DNA of 64,000 nucleotides, from the NCBI GenBank assembly GCA_949287075.1, contig CASEEU010000052.1, positions 7,606-71,605 of the forward strand, in the 5' to 3' direction. A program made the translations under genes and the position numbers. A model generated the notes under the pieces. That model did not search any database and was not told the origin of the DNA. It worked only from the letters and a program-made list of their open reading frames with translations. The DNA comes from an uncultured Eubacteriales bacterium. GTDB taxonomy: Bacteria > Bacillota > Clostridia > TANB77 > CAG-508. The number at the start of each line of letters is the position of its first letter. Within the stretch, counting starts at the first letter, position 1. This document shows positions 1-9,678 of this stretch, piece after piece.

Positions 1-1477
1 AGCATTTGATCCAAATAGTCCTTATTCTGATACAGAAACAGAGAAAAATCCAGATTATAAAGAAATATCTGTTATCTTCAAAGTAGTAGCAGAAGATCCA
101 AGTATTGGAATTATCAGAAATGAAGCAGCAATCACAGAAGATGCAGATAGTGAAGGAAATCCAGTAGATGATAGAGATTCAAAACCAGAAGATTGGGTAA
201 AATATGAAGATGATGAAGATTATGACAATATCATATTACAAGAATTTGATTTAGCATTAAGAAAATTCATCACAAAAGTAGATGAAGAAGATGTGACAAC
301 AAGAGTACCAGAAGTAAGCTATGACAGAGAACAAGACAAAATCACATATAATCATACAAAAGATCCAGTAGAAGTTATCACAGGAAATGTGGTAGAATAT
401 ACCATCAGAGTATATAACGAAGGAGATATTGCAGGATATGCACAAGAAGTAGCAGATGATATACCAGATGGATTAAGATATTTACCAGAAAATGCAACAA
501 ATATAGAATACAGATGGGTAATGTATGATGCAGAAGGAAATGTAACAGAAAATAGTGAAGAAGCAGTAGAAATTAGAACAGATTACTTATCAAAAGAGCA
601 AGAAGAGACAGAAGGAGCAAACTTACTACAAGCATTTGATCCAGAAAAAGAAATTGGAGAAGGAAACCCAGATTATAGAGATATCAAGGTAGCCTTTGAA
701 GTAGTAGAACCAAATACATCAGATAGAATCATTGTAAATTCAGCACAAATCACAGAAGATAGTGATGAGAATGGAAATCCAGTAGAAGATATCGATTCTA
801 TACCAGATGAATGGAATGATGGAGAAGATGACCAAGATAGAGAATATATCAAATTAACTTACTTTGATCTAGCATTAAGAAAATGGGTAACAGAAGCCAT
901 TGTGATTGAAAATGGAAAAGAAACCATTACACAAACAGGTCATACAGCAGAGATGGACCCAGAGCCAGTTGTAAAGGTAGAGTTATATAGAAAGAACATA
1001 AATGATGTAATCGTAAAATTTAGATACTCAATTAGAGTAACAAATGAAGGAGACATCGCAGGATATGCAAAAGAAATTACAGACTATGTACCAGAAGGAT
1101 TAAAATTTGTAGCAGAAGATAATCCAGGATGGACAGATGAAGGAAATAATATTATTTCAACAAGATTATTAGAAAACACATTATTACAACCAGGAGAATC
1201 AGCAGAAGTAGAAGTAGTATTAACATGGATAAATGGAGAAGACAACATGGGAGAGATGACCAATACAGCAGAGATATCAGAAGACTACAATGATAAAGAC
1301 GCACCAGATAGAGATTCAACACCAGACAACCAAGTACCAGGAGAAGATGATATAGATGATGCACCAGTATTGTTATCAGTAGAAACAGGACAAGAAAGAA
1401 TTTATTATGTATTAGGATTTACTGTATTAGGAACATTAGCTGGAGGATTAGCTTTAATTAAGAAGTTTGTTATATAA
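1..1477 (+). CDS. 3' part of a large cell-surface adhesin paralog (5' end lies outside the window), with DUF11-like repeat modules and a C-terminal membrane anchor
   Basis: The frame is open from base 2 (AFDPNSPYSDTE...). It contains repeated modules that start FDLALRK and carry NEGD(I/S)AGYA and DRDS(T/K)P motifs. It ends ...LLSVETGQERIYYVLGFTVLGTLAGGLALIKKFVI, which is a hydrophobic stretch followed by a KK tail. It is near-identical to the 3' end of the next gene. Confidence 0.85.
   Translation, partial: AFDPNSPYSDTETEKNPDYKEISVIFKVVAEDPSIGIIRNEAAITEDADSEGNPVDDRDSKPEDWVKYEDDEDYDNIILQEFDLALRKFITKVDEEDVTTRVPEVSYDREQDKITYNHTKDPVEVITGNVVEYTIRVYNEGDIAGYAQEVADDIPDGLRYLPENATNIEYRWVMYDAEGNVTENSEEAVEIRTDYLSKEQEETEGANLLQAFDPEKEIGEGNPDYRDIKVAFEVVEPNTSDRIIVNSAQITEDSDENGNPVEDIDSIPDEWNDGEDDQDREYIKLTYFDLALRKWVTEAIVIENGKETITQTGHTAEMDPEPVVKVELYRKNINDVIVKFRYSIRVTNEGDIAGYAKEITDYVPEGLKFVAEDNPGWTDEGNNIISTRLLENTLLQPGESAEVEVVLTWINGEDNMGEMTNTAEISEDYNDKDAPDRDSTPDNQVPGEDDIDDAPVLLSVETGQERIYYVLGFTVLGTLAGGLALIKKFVI
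239..1477 (+). repeat. About 1.24 kb segment near-identical to 8194..9471 (shared 3' end of the two tandem adhesin genes)
   Basis: The translated products align residue for residue (FDLALRKFITKVDE.. to ..KKFVI) with scattered substitutions. There is one 13-codon indel, EETEGA versus GENRQNESTQEGTASEENP. Confidence 0.8.
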
Positions 1478-1890
1478 GATAAGTACGAAAAATCTTATAT
1501 AGGGTCAAGATAAAAGTGAAGTTTTCTACACAATAAGAATTTCAATAAAAAGATAAATAAGTTTTAATGATTAGAATACAAATCTAATTGTTAAAACTTA
1601 TTTTTTTGTTAAATAAGAAAAGTATTGTGAATGTTAATGATGCCTCATTAGCTATTTCCGTACATAATGAGCCGAAGTTTTCGATGAATATAAGATAAAG
1701 ATAAGTCAAAAAAACATGAAAAGGTATGAAAGATAGGAAGATAAAAAATATTAAGAAAATGTAAAAAAAAAGAAACAAAAACGTAATAAATATCGGAATT
1801 TGTAAAATATCCGTATCCGTAAGCAAGATAAACACAAAAAAAGGTAGGAAGAAATTACAAGGAAAAAGGATATTGAAAATTAAGAGAATA

Positions 1891-1919
1891 TTGAAATATA
1901 ATTATATATATATATATAT
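1891..1919 (+). promoter_or_regulatory. Candidate sigma-A-like promoter whose spacer and -10 are made of a (TA)8 microsatellite
   Basis: TTGAAA lies at 1891..1896 and tatatatatatatatatat at 1903..1919. A 16-nt spacer would give TATATA as the -10. The SD aaggag is at 1928..1933 and the ATG at 1942. Confidence 0.35.
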
Positions 1920-1941
1920 CTAAAGATAAGGAGAGAGACAT

Positions 1942-4900
1942 ATGAAAAAACGTAAAATCATATTTACAATCACGATGTTTATATTGGTTTTAATGACAGC
2001 TTTAACAAGCAATAAAGTACAAGCTGCGCCGTTAAATCCCAATTTGTATTTTGGAATAGCAGAACTAAGAACAACAACCAATATGGGATATGCTATGGGA
2101 GACCCAGATTCAGGTGCAGAAAAAATTTGGAAAATTGTACAATATAGCAATACAAATTTTGATGATCCCACAGAAGTCAATGCATATTGTATAAAAGCAG
2201 ATACAGGTTTTTCTGATGAAAGTTCTACAGACATTTATGATGTTAGCTATAATATGAAAACAGAGAGAAAAGAAATAGCTGAACAAAATGATATTTTAAA
2301 TGGACTTGTTAATGGTGGTCAATATGATAATTTACTAGCATTAGCAGATCTCCTTTATGTAAAAGGTGTATCAACACAAGCAGAAAGACAACAACTATTA
2401 GATGTATCTGGAGCAAATGATGTTGTAGAAAAAAGTGATTTTAGAGAAGAGACAGATTATTATATTACAGATGATGAAATAGATGCTGTACAACAAGCGG
2501 CTATATGGTATTTTACAAATTATGAAGAAAATGGAAGATATGATAAATATGGTGAAACGAGTTGGATTTGGTATACGTCAGAAATGAATAAAGGAGAATA
2601 TGAAAACTTTTCATCATATAATCCTACAGGAATACCATATGCAAGTGCAACAGCAGGATATTTTAGACAACAACAAATGGTAAAACTATACGATTATTTA
2701 ATTGAAACAGCTAGAGAAAATGCTATTGAAGGTATTAATGATGAAAAAACAATATTAACTGTATATGCATCAAATGAAGATTCAGAAGCACAACCAATTA
2801 TGGAAGTTATCAAACTACCAAGAACATTTGATTTATCATTAAGAAAATATATCACAGCAGTAAATGATAAAACAGTAGCAAATACTAGAGTACCAGTCAT
2901 AGATGAAAGTACATTAGGAAATGGAACAACAGCTACATATAAACACAGAAAAGATCCTATAGAAGTAAAAACCAATGATACGATTACATATAATATCACG
3001 ATATATAATGAAGGAGAAAAAGCAGGAAGAGCAACAAAAGTAGTAGATCAATTGCCAACAGGATTAGAATTTGTTGAAGTAGTCAGTGGAAATTTCCAAG
3101 AAGAAAATTATGATGTAGAAACCAACACAATATATTTAACAAGAAAGGCTAATAATACAACAAATTTACCAGCATATGAAGTAGGAACTTTAAGTTCAGA
3201 AACCATACAAATCAAATGTAAAGTAATAGCAACAGGAGGACAAACTGATAAAGTATTAACAAATATAGCATGGATATCAGAAGAAATAGATGAAGACGGA
3301 ACAGTTATTACAAACGAACCAGGAGATGATAGAGATTCAGAGCCATCAACGATTACAACACAAACAAAAGACGAATTAGTGACAACAGATAATGGATATA
3401 TGGGAAATAGCACTAATCAAGGAAAAGATTTAACAAATGCAGAAAGTTATTTTGAAGGACAACAAGATGATGATGATTTTGAGAAAATTGTTGTTAGAGC
3501 AGTAACTAGTGTAGAAGTTAGTAAAGTTTGGGAAGATAATGGTAATCAAGATGGACTTAGAACAGATAATGTTACAGTAGAATTATTGATAGATGGTCAA
3601 CCAAGTGGACAAACAATTACATTAAAAGCTGATGAGTGGACAGGTTCATTTGAAAATTTACCAACTAAAATAGATGGAAAAGATGTTACATATTCAGTGA
3701 AAGAAACAACCAGTATTAGTGGATATACAACAAATACCAATAGTACAGATAGTACAGGAAAAAGTTTTACCATTACAAATACACATAAAATATTTGACTT
3801 AAGCTTAAGAAAATATATAACAAAAGTAGAAAATACAGATATCAACAATAGAACTCCATCAATCAATACAGACTCTTTACAAACAGGAACAACTGCAACA
3901 TACAACCACAGAAAAGATCCAGTAGTGGTAGAACCAGGAGATATGGTAATATATAATCTAACCATTTATAATGAAGGGGAAAAAGCAGGAAGAGCAACAA
4001 AGATAGAAGATCAATTACCAACTGGATTAAAATATGTTGAAGTCGTATCTGGAAACTTTGAATTAGATAGTTATTCAGAAACAGATAATTTGTTAAAATT
4101 AGAAAGAACATCAAATACAGATAATTTATCAGCATATGATGGTGGTACAACATTAGATTCAGAAACCATCCAAATAAAATGTGAAGTAACAGCAAATGCA
4201 GGAAGTGAAGATAGTATATTAACAAATGTTGCATGGATATCAGAAGCATATGATGCAGAAGATAATAAAACGATAACAACAGAGAAAAAAGCAGATACAG
4301 ATTCTGAGCCAGGAACAACACCAACAGTAGATAAAGATAGTTTAGTAACAGAAGATGATGGATATGTAGGAAATAGCGATAATAGTGGAAAAGATTTAAC
4401 AAATAGTCAAGAATATTTTGAAGGTGAGCAAGATGATGATGACTTTGAAAAAATTGTAGTAGAAGCTAGAACACAAATAACAGTAACCAAACAATGGGTA
4501 GATAATGATAACCAAGATGGATTTAGACCAAATGAGCTAAAAATAGAATTATATAAAAAAGTAGGAGATGGTGCTGAAGAATTTGTAAGAGATGCAACAA
4601 TGACAGGAACAGGAAATACATGGGCAGGAAGATTTATAGATTTACCAGTATATGAAAATGGAGAAAAAATCACATATATTGTAAGAGAGGTTAATGAAAA
4701 TGGAAATATAGATGCCTACACATCAAGTGGAGATGCAACAGAAACAAATCAGTATACAATTACCAATACGCATACAACAGAATTAACAAGTGTAAGTGTT
4801 AACAAAGTATGGAATGATAATAACAACCAAGATGGAATTAGAGCAACTAGTATACAAGTACAATTGGTAAAAGAAGTAGGAGGAGAAAAAACAGAAGTAG

Positions 4901-7900
4901 AAGACAAAATCATCACTTTATCAAATGATAATCAATGGAAAGGAACATTTGATAATTTACCAGTTTATGAAAATGGACAAAAAATTACCTATTCAGTAAA
5001 AGAAATCACAGTAGATGGATATGATGTACAAATTACATCAAATGGAGAAAACAATTTCACCATTACGAATACACATGAAACAGAATTAACTAGTATAACA
5101 GCACATAAGGTATGGTCTGACTTTGATGATAGAGATGGTATCAGACCTGATAGCGTAGAATTTGAACTATATAAAAATGGAGAACCAACAGGGATAATAA
5201 AAGAATTAACAGCAGATGACTGGACAGCTACATTTGATAACTTACCAGTAAAAGAAAATGGTCAAGAGATTGTATATACTGTAAGAGAAGTAAATGTACC
5301 AGAGGGATATTATCCAAGTGGAGGAGGAAGACCGGTAAGAGAAGGCAATGGAGAATATAATGAAGAAATACAAAACCAAGCAGAAGAACCAATAGAAGGC
5401 ACACAAGAAAACGGCTACACCATTACAAATGTACATTCAATATTTGACTTAAGTTTAAGAAAATATATTACAAAAGTGGGAGACACAGACATTACAGATA
5501 GAATACCAAATATAGATATAAATCCATTGGTAGAAGGATTTATGCAAACTGGAGATGAAACAACAGCCCATTACAAACATAAAAAGAATCCAGTAACTGT
5601 TAAAACAGGAGATAAGGTTATATATAATTTAACTGTATATAATGAAGGAGTAAAAGCAGGAATGGCAACCAAAATTGAGGACCAATTACCAATTGGATTG
5701 AAATTTGAAAGAGTAATATCTGATGATTATGAAGTAGAAAGTTATTCAGAATCAGATAATCTTTTAAAATTAAAGTTAATTGATACAAACACAAATCTAG
5801 TAGACCCTGATTTTGCGGATTATCTATTAGAACCATTTAATGGACAAGCCTTAGATTCAGTTACTATACAAATAGAATGTACAGTAACAGCAGAAGCAGG
5901 AAGCGAAAATCAAATTTTAACAAATGTGGCTTGGATATCAGAAGCGTATGATGTTGCAGGTGGTGTAACGATAACAACACAAGAACATGCAGACACAGAT
6001 TCTGAACCAGGAACAAAACCAAATGTAAACAAAGATGATTTAGTCACAACAGATGATGGATACATTGGAAATGAAAATAATAATGGAAAAGACTTAAGTA
6101 ATAGCGAAGAATACTTTGAAGGAGAACAAGATGATGATGACTTCGAAAAAATAGTCATAGAAGCGCAAACACAAGTAACAGTCAATAAAGTATGGAACGA
6201 TAACAACAACCAAGATGGAATCAGACCAGACAGTATACAAGTACAATTGGTAAAAGAAGTAGATGGAGAAAAGACAGAAGTAGAGGACAAAGTTATTACT
6301 TTATCAGATGACAATCAATGGAAAGGAACATTTGACAATTTACCAGTTTATGAAAATGGACAAAAAATTACGTATTCAGTAAAAGAAATCACAATTAGTG
6401 GTTATGCGGTGAATATTACGCAAAACAGTGAAAATAACTTTACGATTACCAATACACATACACCAGGGGTAACCAGTGTTAATATTAACAAAGTGTGGGA
6501 TGACCAAAATAATCAAGATGGAATTAGACCAGAAAGCGTAGAAATTGAGTTATTAAAAAACGGAGAACCAACAGGAACTATTGTTACATTAAGTGAAGAA
6601 AACAATTGGACAGGAACATTTAATAACTTACCAATTAAAGAAAATGGTGAAGACATTGAGTATACAGTAAGAGAAAACACACAAATAGAAGGATATACAA
6701 CAGAAATTACAGAAAACACAGAAACAGCAAGTAATACAAATGATACACAAAGTTTAGCAAATGTAGAAGAACCAGAAATCACAACACAAACTTATGCTGC
6801 CAAAGATATGGTAAGAGCTGCAGTGGCGACTGTAGAGCCAAAAAGCTTTAGAATTACCAATACACATCTTGTAGAAGAAGCATTTGACTTATCATTAAGA
6901 AAATTTATCGTAGCAGTTAGCGAAGATGAAACAATAGAAGAAAATGATATCTTAATGAATGAAGATGGTTTAACTTATGAAAGAGAACCAGTAATAGATG
7001 CATCTAAATTAAATACATCTGATGAAGACGGAAATATGATTACAACAGCAATATATCATCATACCAAAGAACCGGTGTTGGTAAAGAAAAATGATATTGT
7101 TGTATATATGTTAAGAGTATATAATGAGGGAGAACAAGATGGATATGCAGCAGAAATTAAAGATCATTTACCATCATATTTAGAATTTGTAGACGGAGAA
7201 TACAATGCACAATATGGATGGGAATTATCAGAAGATGGAAGAACGGTGACAACAAGATATTTAGAAAATAGTGTCATTGCAAAACCACAAACTGATGAAA
7301 GTGGAAATAATACATTATCTTATGTACAAGTACCAATTATGTGTAGAGTGTCAGATAGTGTAAATGCAAATGAAAATATAACCAATATCGCAGATATTAC
7401 AGAATATCAAGATAAAGATAAACAACCAGTAGAAGATAGAGATTCACAAGAAGAAAATGTACAATTACCTACAGATGAAGAATTGCCAGGATATAAAGAT
7501 GAAGAAAGTGAAAATTCTTATGTACCAGGACAAGAAGATGATGACGATTTTGAAAAAGTGTATGTAGAGGAAGATAAAGAATTTGATTTAGCTCTAAGAA
7601 AATTCATAAGTGAAGTAGATGGAACGCAATATAATAGAGCACCAAATGTAGATTTATTAGGACTAGAAAGTGGAACAACTGCTATTTATAACCATACAAA
7701 GGATCCAGTATTGGTAAAAAGAAATAGTGTGATAATCTACACAATCAGAGTATATAATGAAGGAGATATTTCAGGATATGCTGAAGAAGTAACAGACTAT
7801 CTACCAGAAGGATTAGAATTTTTACCAGATCATGAAATTAACTTACAATATGAATGGCAAGTGTCAGAAGATGGAAGATATGTAACAACAGATTATTTAT

Positions 7901-9471
7901 CAAGTGCAAAAGAAACAGAAGGTAGACAAAATGAAATACAAGCATTTGATGGACAAACACTAGACTATAAGGAAGTACAAATTGCATGTCAAGTCAAAGA
8001 TAATGTAGGAACAAATGTAAAATTAACAAACTTAGCTGAAATCACAGAAGATAGTGATGAAGATAGGGATTCAACTCCAGATAATGTAGAAATACCAAGT
8101 GATGAAGAATTACCAAATTATAAAGATGATGAAATAGAAAAAGACTATGTACCAGGACAAGAAGATGATGACGATTTTGAAAAAGTGATTGTACAAGACT
8201 TTGACTTAGCATTAAGAAAATTCATCACAAAAGTAGATGAAGGAGATGTAACAACAAGAGTACCAGAAGTAAGTTATGATAGAGAAGAGGATAAAATTAC
8301 CTATAATCATACAAAGAACCCAGTAGAAGTAGTTACTGGAAATGTGGTAGAATATACTATCAGAGTATATAATGAAGGAGACATTGCAGGATATGCTGAA
8401 GAAGTAGCAGATGATATACCAGATGGATTAAGATATTTACCAGAAAATGAAACCAATATAGCATATAGATGGGTAATGTATGATGAAAACGGAAATGTAA
8501 CAGAAAATAGTGAAGAAGCAGTGGAAATTAGAACAGATTATTTATCAAAAGAACAAGGTGAAAATAGACAAAATGAAAGTACTCAAGAAGGAACAGCTTC
8601 TGAGGAAAATCCAAACTTATTACAAGCTTTTAACGGAGAAGAAGAAATCGGAGAAGGAAATCCTGATTACAGAGATTTAAAAATTGCATTTGAAGTAGTA
8701 GAACCAAATACATCAGATAGAATCATCGTCAATTCAGCACAAATCACAGAAGATAGTGATGAAAAAGGAAATCCAGTAGAAGATATTGATTCTATACCAG
8801 ATGAATGGAATGACGGAGAAGATGATCAAGATAGAGAATATATCAAATTGACCTACTTTGATTTAGCATTAAGAAAATGGGTTACTCAAGCCATTGTGAT
8901 AGAAAATGGACAAGAAACCATTACACAAACAGGACATACAGCAGAAATGAACCCAGAACCAGTTGTAAAAGTAGAGTTATATAGAAAAAAAGTAAATCAA
9001 GTAACCGTAAAATTCAGATATTCTATTAGAATCACAAACGAAGGTGATATTGCAGGATATGCGACAGAGATAACAGACTATATACCAGAAGGATTAAGAT
9101 TTGTAGCAGAAGATAATCCAGGATGGACAGATGAAGGAAATAATATTATTTCAACAAGAGCATTAGAAAACACATTATTACAACCAGGAGAATCAGCAGA
9201 AGTAGAAGTGGTATTAACATGGATAAATGGAGAAGACAATATGGGACAAATGACCAATATTGCAGAGATATCAGAAGACTATAACGATAAAGGGGCACCA
9301 GATAGAGATTCAACGCCAGATAATCAAAAACAAGGAGAAGATGATATAGATGATGCACCAGTATTGTTAACAGTAGGAACTGGACAAGAAAGAATCTATT
9401 ATGTATTAGGATTTACTGTATTAGGAACATTAGCCGGAGGATTAGTTTTAATGAAGAAGTTTGTAATATAG
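1942..9471 (+). CDS. Giant surface adhesin of 2509 aa. Order of parts: signal peptide, thioester-type (TQxA-like) domain, alternating DUF11-like and CnaB-like repeats, C-terminal anchor
   Basis: The SD is aaggag. The signal peptide is MKKRKIIFTITMFILVLMTALTSNKVQA/AP. Cys83 lies in NAYCIKAD and Gln185 in VQQAAIWYF. At least seven modules run F(D)L(S/A)LRK(Y/F/W)...YNEGE..G....DxLPxGL...DRDSxP...(Q/E)DDDDFEK. There are several CnaB-like modules (V.K.W.D..NQDG.RP......L.K.....TF.NLP..ENG..I.Y.V.E). The C-terminus is LLTVGTGQERIYYVLGFTVLGTLAGGLVLMKKFVI. Confidence 0.95.
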   Translation: MKKRKIIFTITMFILVLMTALTSNKVQAAPLNPNLYFGIAELRTTTNMGYAMGDPDSGAEKIWKIVQYSNTNFDDPTEVNAYCIKADTGFSDESSTDIYDVSYNMKTERKEIAEQNDILNGLVNGGQYDNLLALADLLYVKGVSTQAERQQLLDVSGANDVVEKSDFREETDYYITDDEIDAVQQAAIWYFTNYEENGRYDKYGETSWIWYTSEMNKGEYENFSSYNPTGIPYASATAGYFRQQQMVKLYDYLIETARENAIEGINDEKTILTVYASNEDSEAQPIMEVIKLPRTFDLSLRKYITAVNDKTVANTRVPVIDESTLGNGTTATYKHRKDPIEVKTNDTITYNITIYNEGEKAGRATKVVDQLPTGLEFVEVVSGNFQEENYDVETNTIYLTRKANNTTNLPAYEVGTLSSETIQIKCKVIATGGQTDKVLTNIAWISEEIDEDGTVITNEPGDDRDSEPSTITTQTKDELVTTDNGYMGNSTNQGKDLTNAESYFEGQQDDDDFEKIVVRAVTSVEVSKVWEDNGNQDGLRTDNVTVELLIDGQPSGQTITLKADEWTGSFENLPTKIDGKDVTYSVKETTSISGYTTNTNSTDSTGKSFTITNTHKIFDLSLRKYITKVENTDINNRTPSINTDSLQTGTTATYNHRKDPVVVEPGDMVIYNLTIYNEGEKAGRATKIEDQLPTGLKYVEVVSGNFELDSYSETDNLLKLERTSNTDNLSAYDGGTTLDSETIQIKCEVTANAGSEDSILTNVAWISEAYDAEDNKTITTEKKADTDSEPGTTPTVDKDSLVTEDDGYVGNSDNSGKDLTNSQEYFEGEQDDDDFEKIVVEARTQITVTKQWVDNDNQDGFRPNELKIELYKKVGDGAEEFVRDATMTGTGNTWAGRFIDLPVYENGEKITYIVREVNENGNIDAYTSSGDATETNQYTITNTHTTELTSVSVNKVWNDNNNQDGIRATSIQVQLVKEVGGEKTEVEDKIITLSNDNQWKGTFDNLPVYENGQKITYSVKEITVDGYDVQITSNGENNFTITNTHETELTSITAHKVWSDFDDRDGIRPDSVEFELYKNGEPTGIIKELTADDWTATFDNLPVKENGQEIVYTVREVNVPEGYYPSGGGRPVREGNGEYNEEIQNQAEEPIEGTQENGYTITNVHSIFDLSLRKYITKVGDTDITDRIPNIDINPLVEGFMQTGDETTAHYKHKKNPVTVKTGDKVIYNLTVYNEGVKAGMATKIEDQLPIGLKFERVISDDYEVESYSESDNLLKLKLIDTNTNLVDPDFADYLLEPFNGQALDSVTIQIECTVTAEAGSENQILTNVAWISEAYDVAGGVTITTQEHADTDSEPGTKPNVNKDDLVTTDDGYIGNENNNGKDLSNSEEYFEGEQDDDDFEKIVIEAQTQVTVNKVWNDNNNQDGIRPDSIQVQLVKEVDGEKTEVEDKVITLSDDNQWKGTFDNLPVYENGQKITYSVKEITISGYAVNITQNSENNFTITNTHTPGVTSVNINKVWDDQNNQDGIRPESVEIELLKNGEPTGTIVTLSEENNWTGTFNNLPIKENGEDIEYTVRENTQIEGYTTEITENTETASNTNDTQSLANVEEPEITTQTYAAKDMVRAAVATVEPKSFRITNTHLVEEAFDLSLRKFIVAVSEDETIEENDILMNEDGLTYEREPVIDASKLNTSDEDGNMITTAIYHHTKEPVLVKKNDIVVYMLRVYNEGEQDGYAAEIKDHLPSYLEFVDGEYNAQYGWELSEDGRTVTTRYLENSVIAKPQTDESGNNTLSYVQVPIMCRVSDSVNANENITNIADITEYQDKDKQPVEDRDSQEENVQLPTDEELPGYKDEESENSYVPGQEDDDDFEKVYVEEDKEFDLALRKFISEVDGTQYNRAPNVDLLGLESGTTAIYNHTKDPVLVKRNSVIIYTIRVYNEGDISGYAEEVTDYLPEGLEFLPDHEINLQYEWQVSEDGRYVTTDYLSSAKETEGRQNEIQAFDGQTLDYKEVQIACQVKDNVGTNVKLTNLAEITEDSDEDRDSTPDNVEIPSDEELPNYKDDEIEKDYVPGQEDDDDFEKVIVQDFDLALRKFITKVDEGDVTTRVPEVSYDREEDKITYNHTKNPVEVVTGNVVEYTIRVYNEGDIAGYAEEVADDIPDGLRYLPENETNIAYRWVMYDENGNVTENSEEAVEIRTDYLSKEQGENRQNESTQEGTASEENPNLLQAFNGEEEIGEGNPDYRDLKIAFEVVEPNTSDRIIVNSAQITEDSDEKGNPVEDIDSIPDEWNDGEDDQDREYIKLTYFDLALRKWVTQAIVIENGQETITQTGHTAEMNPEPVVKVELYRKKVNQVTVKFRYSIRITNEGDIAGYATEITDYIPEGLRFVAEDNPGWTDEGNNIISTRALENTLLQPGESAEVEVVLTWINGEDNMGQMTNIAEISEDYNDKGAPDRDSTPDNQKQGEDDIDDAPVLLTVGTGQERIYYVLGFTVLGTLAGGLVLMKKFVI
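4798..5076 (+). repeat. 279-nt CnaB-like unit, near-identical copy of 6181..6459
   Basis: VNKVWNDNNNQDGIRATSIQVQLVKEVGGEKTEVEDKIITLSNDNQWKGTFDNLPVYENGQKITYSVKEITVDGYDVQITSNGENNFTITNTH differs from the second copy at only a handful of residues. Confidence 0.8.
6181..6459 (+). repeat. 279-nt CnaB-like unit, near-identical copy of 4798..5076
   Basis: The sequence is VNKVWNDNNNQDGIRPDSIQVQLVKEVDGEKTEVEDKVITLSDDNQWKGTFDNLPVYENGQKITYSVKEITISGYAVNITQNSENNFTITNTH. Confidence 0.8.
8194..9471 (+). repeat. About 1.28 kb segment near-identical to 239..1477
   Basis: See the entry for 239..1477. Confidence 0.8.
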
Positions 9472-9578
9472 AATTAAGATAAAAACGAATGTTTTTATGT
9501 AATTATAAAAGTATGTTATATGTGAAATCATAGATTTCAATGTATATCATAAAAATAAAAGGGGTAAAATAGATAAAA

Positions 9579-9608
9579 ATAGGGCATGAAAAGATGTCCT
9601 ATTTTTTT
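9579..9608 (+). terminator. Rho-independent terminator after the adhesin gene
   Basis: The stem is atagggcat / atgtcctat (one G-U pair), the loop is gaaaag, and a T7 run follows. Confidence 0.7.
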
Positions 9609-9617
9609 CATTATTTC

Positions 9618-9646
9618 TTTACAATTAAAATGGGGTATGGTATAAT
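9618..9646 (+). promoter_or_regulatory. Sigma-A-like promoter with an extended -10
   Basis: TTTACA lies at 9618..9623, followed by a 17-nt spacer and tgg-TATAAT at 9638..9646. Confidence 0.55.
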
Positions 9647-9678
9647 TTTCCATGAAAGGAACTAGAGAGGTGAAAAAT

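Noticed and set aside
1584-1835. 83-aa minus-strand ORF and strong purine (A/G) skew in the 464-bp spacer between the adhesin genes
   Set aside because: The ORF product is a poly-Phe/Ile/Leu artefact of an A-rich tract. I found no conserved riboswitch core. In particular there are no c-di-GMP-I/II motifs such as GGCAAACC or ACGCACAGGGCAAACC.
2694-6782. Multiple 60-180 aa minus-strand ORFs inside the giant adhesin gene (for example 2694..2999, 3863..4402, 5910..6314)
   Set aside because: They lie antisense to a long repetitive gene with clear domain structure. Their products are low-complexity Leu/Ser/Phe strings of the kind produced by the reverse complement of GAA/GAT/ACA-rich coding sequence. 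They have no SD.
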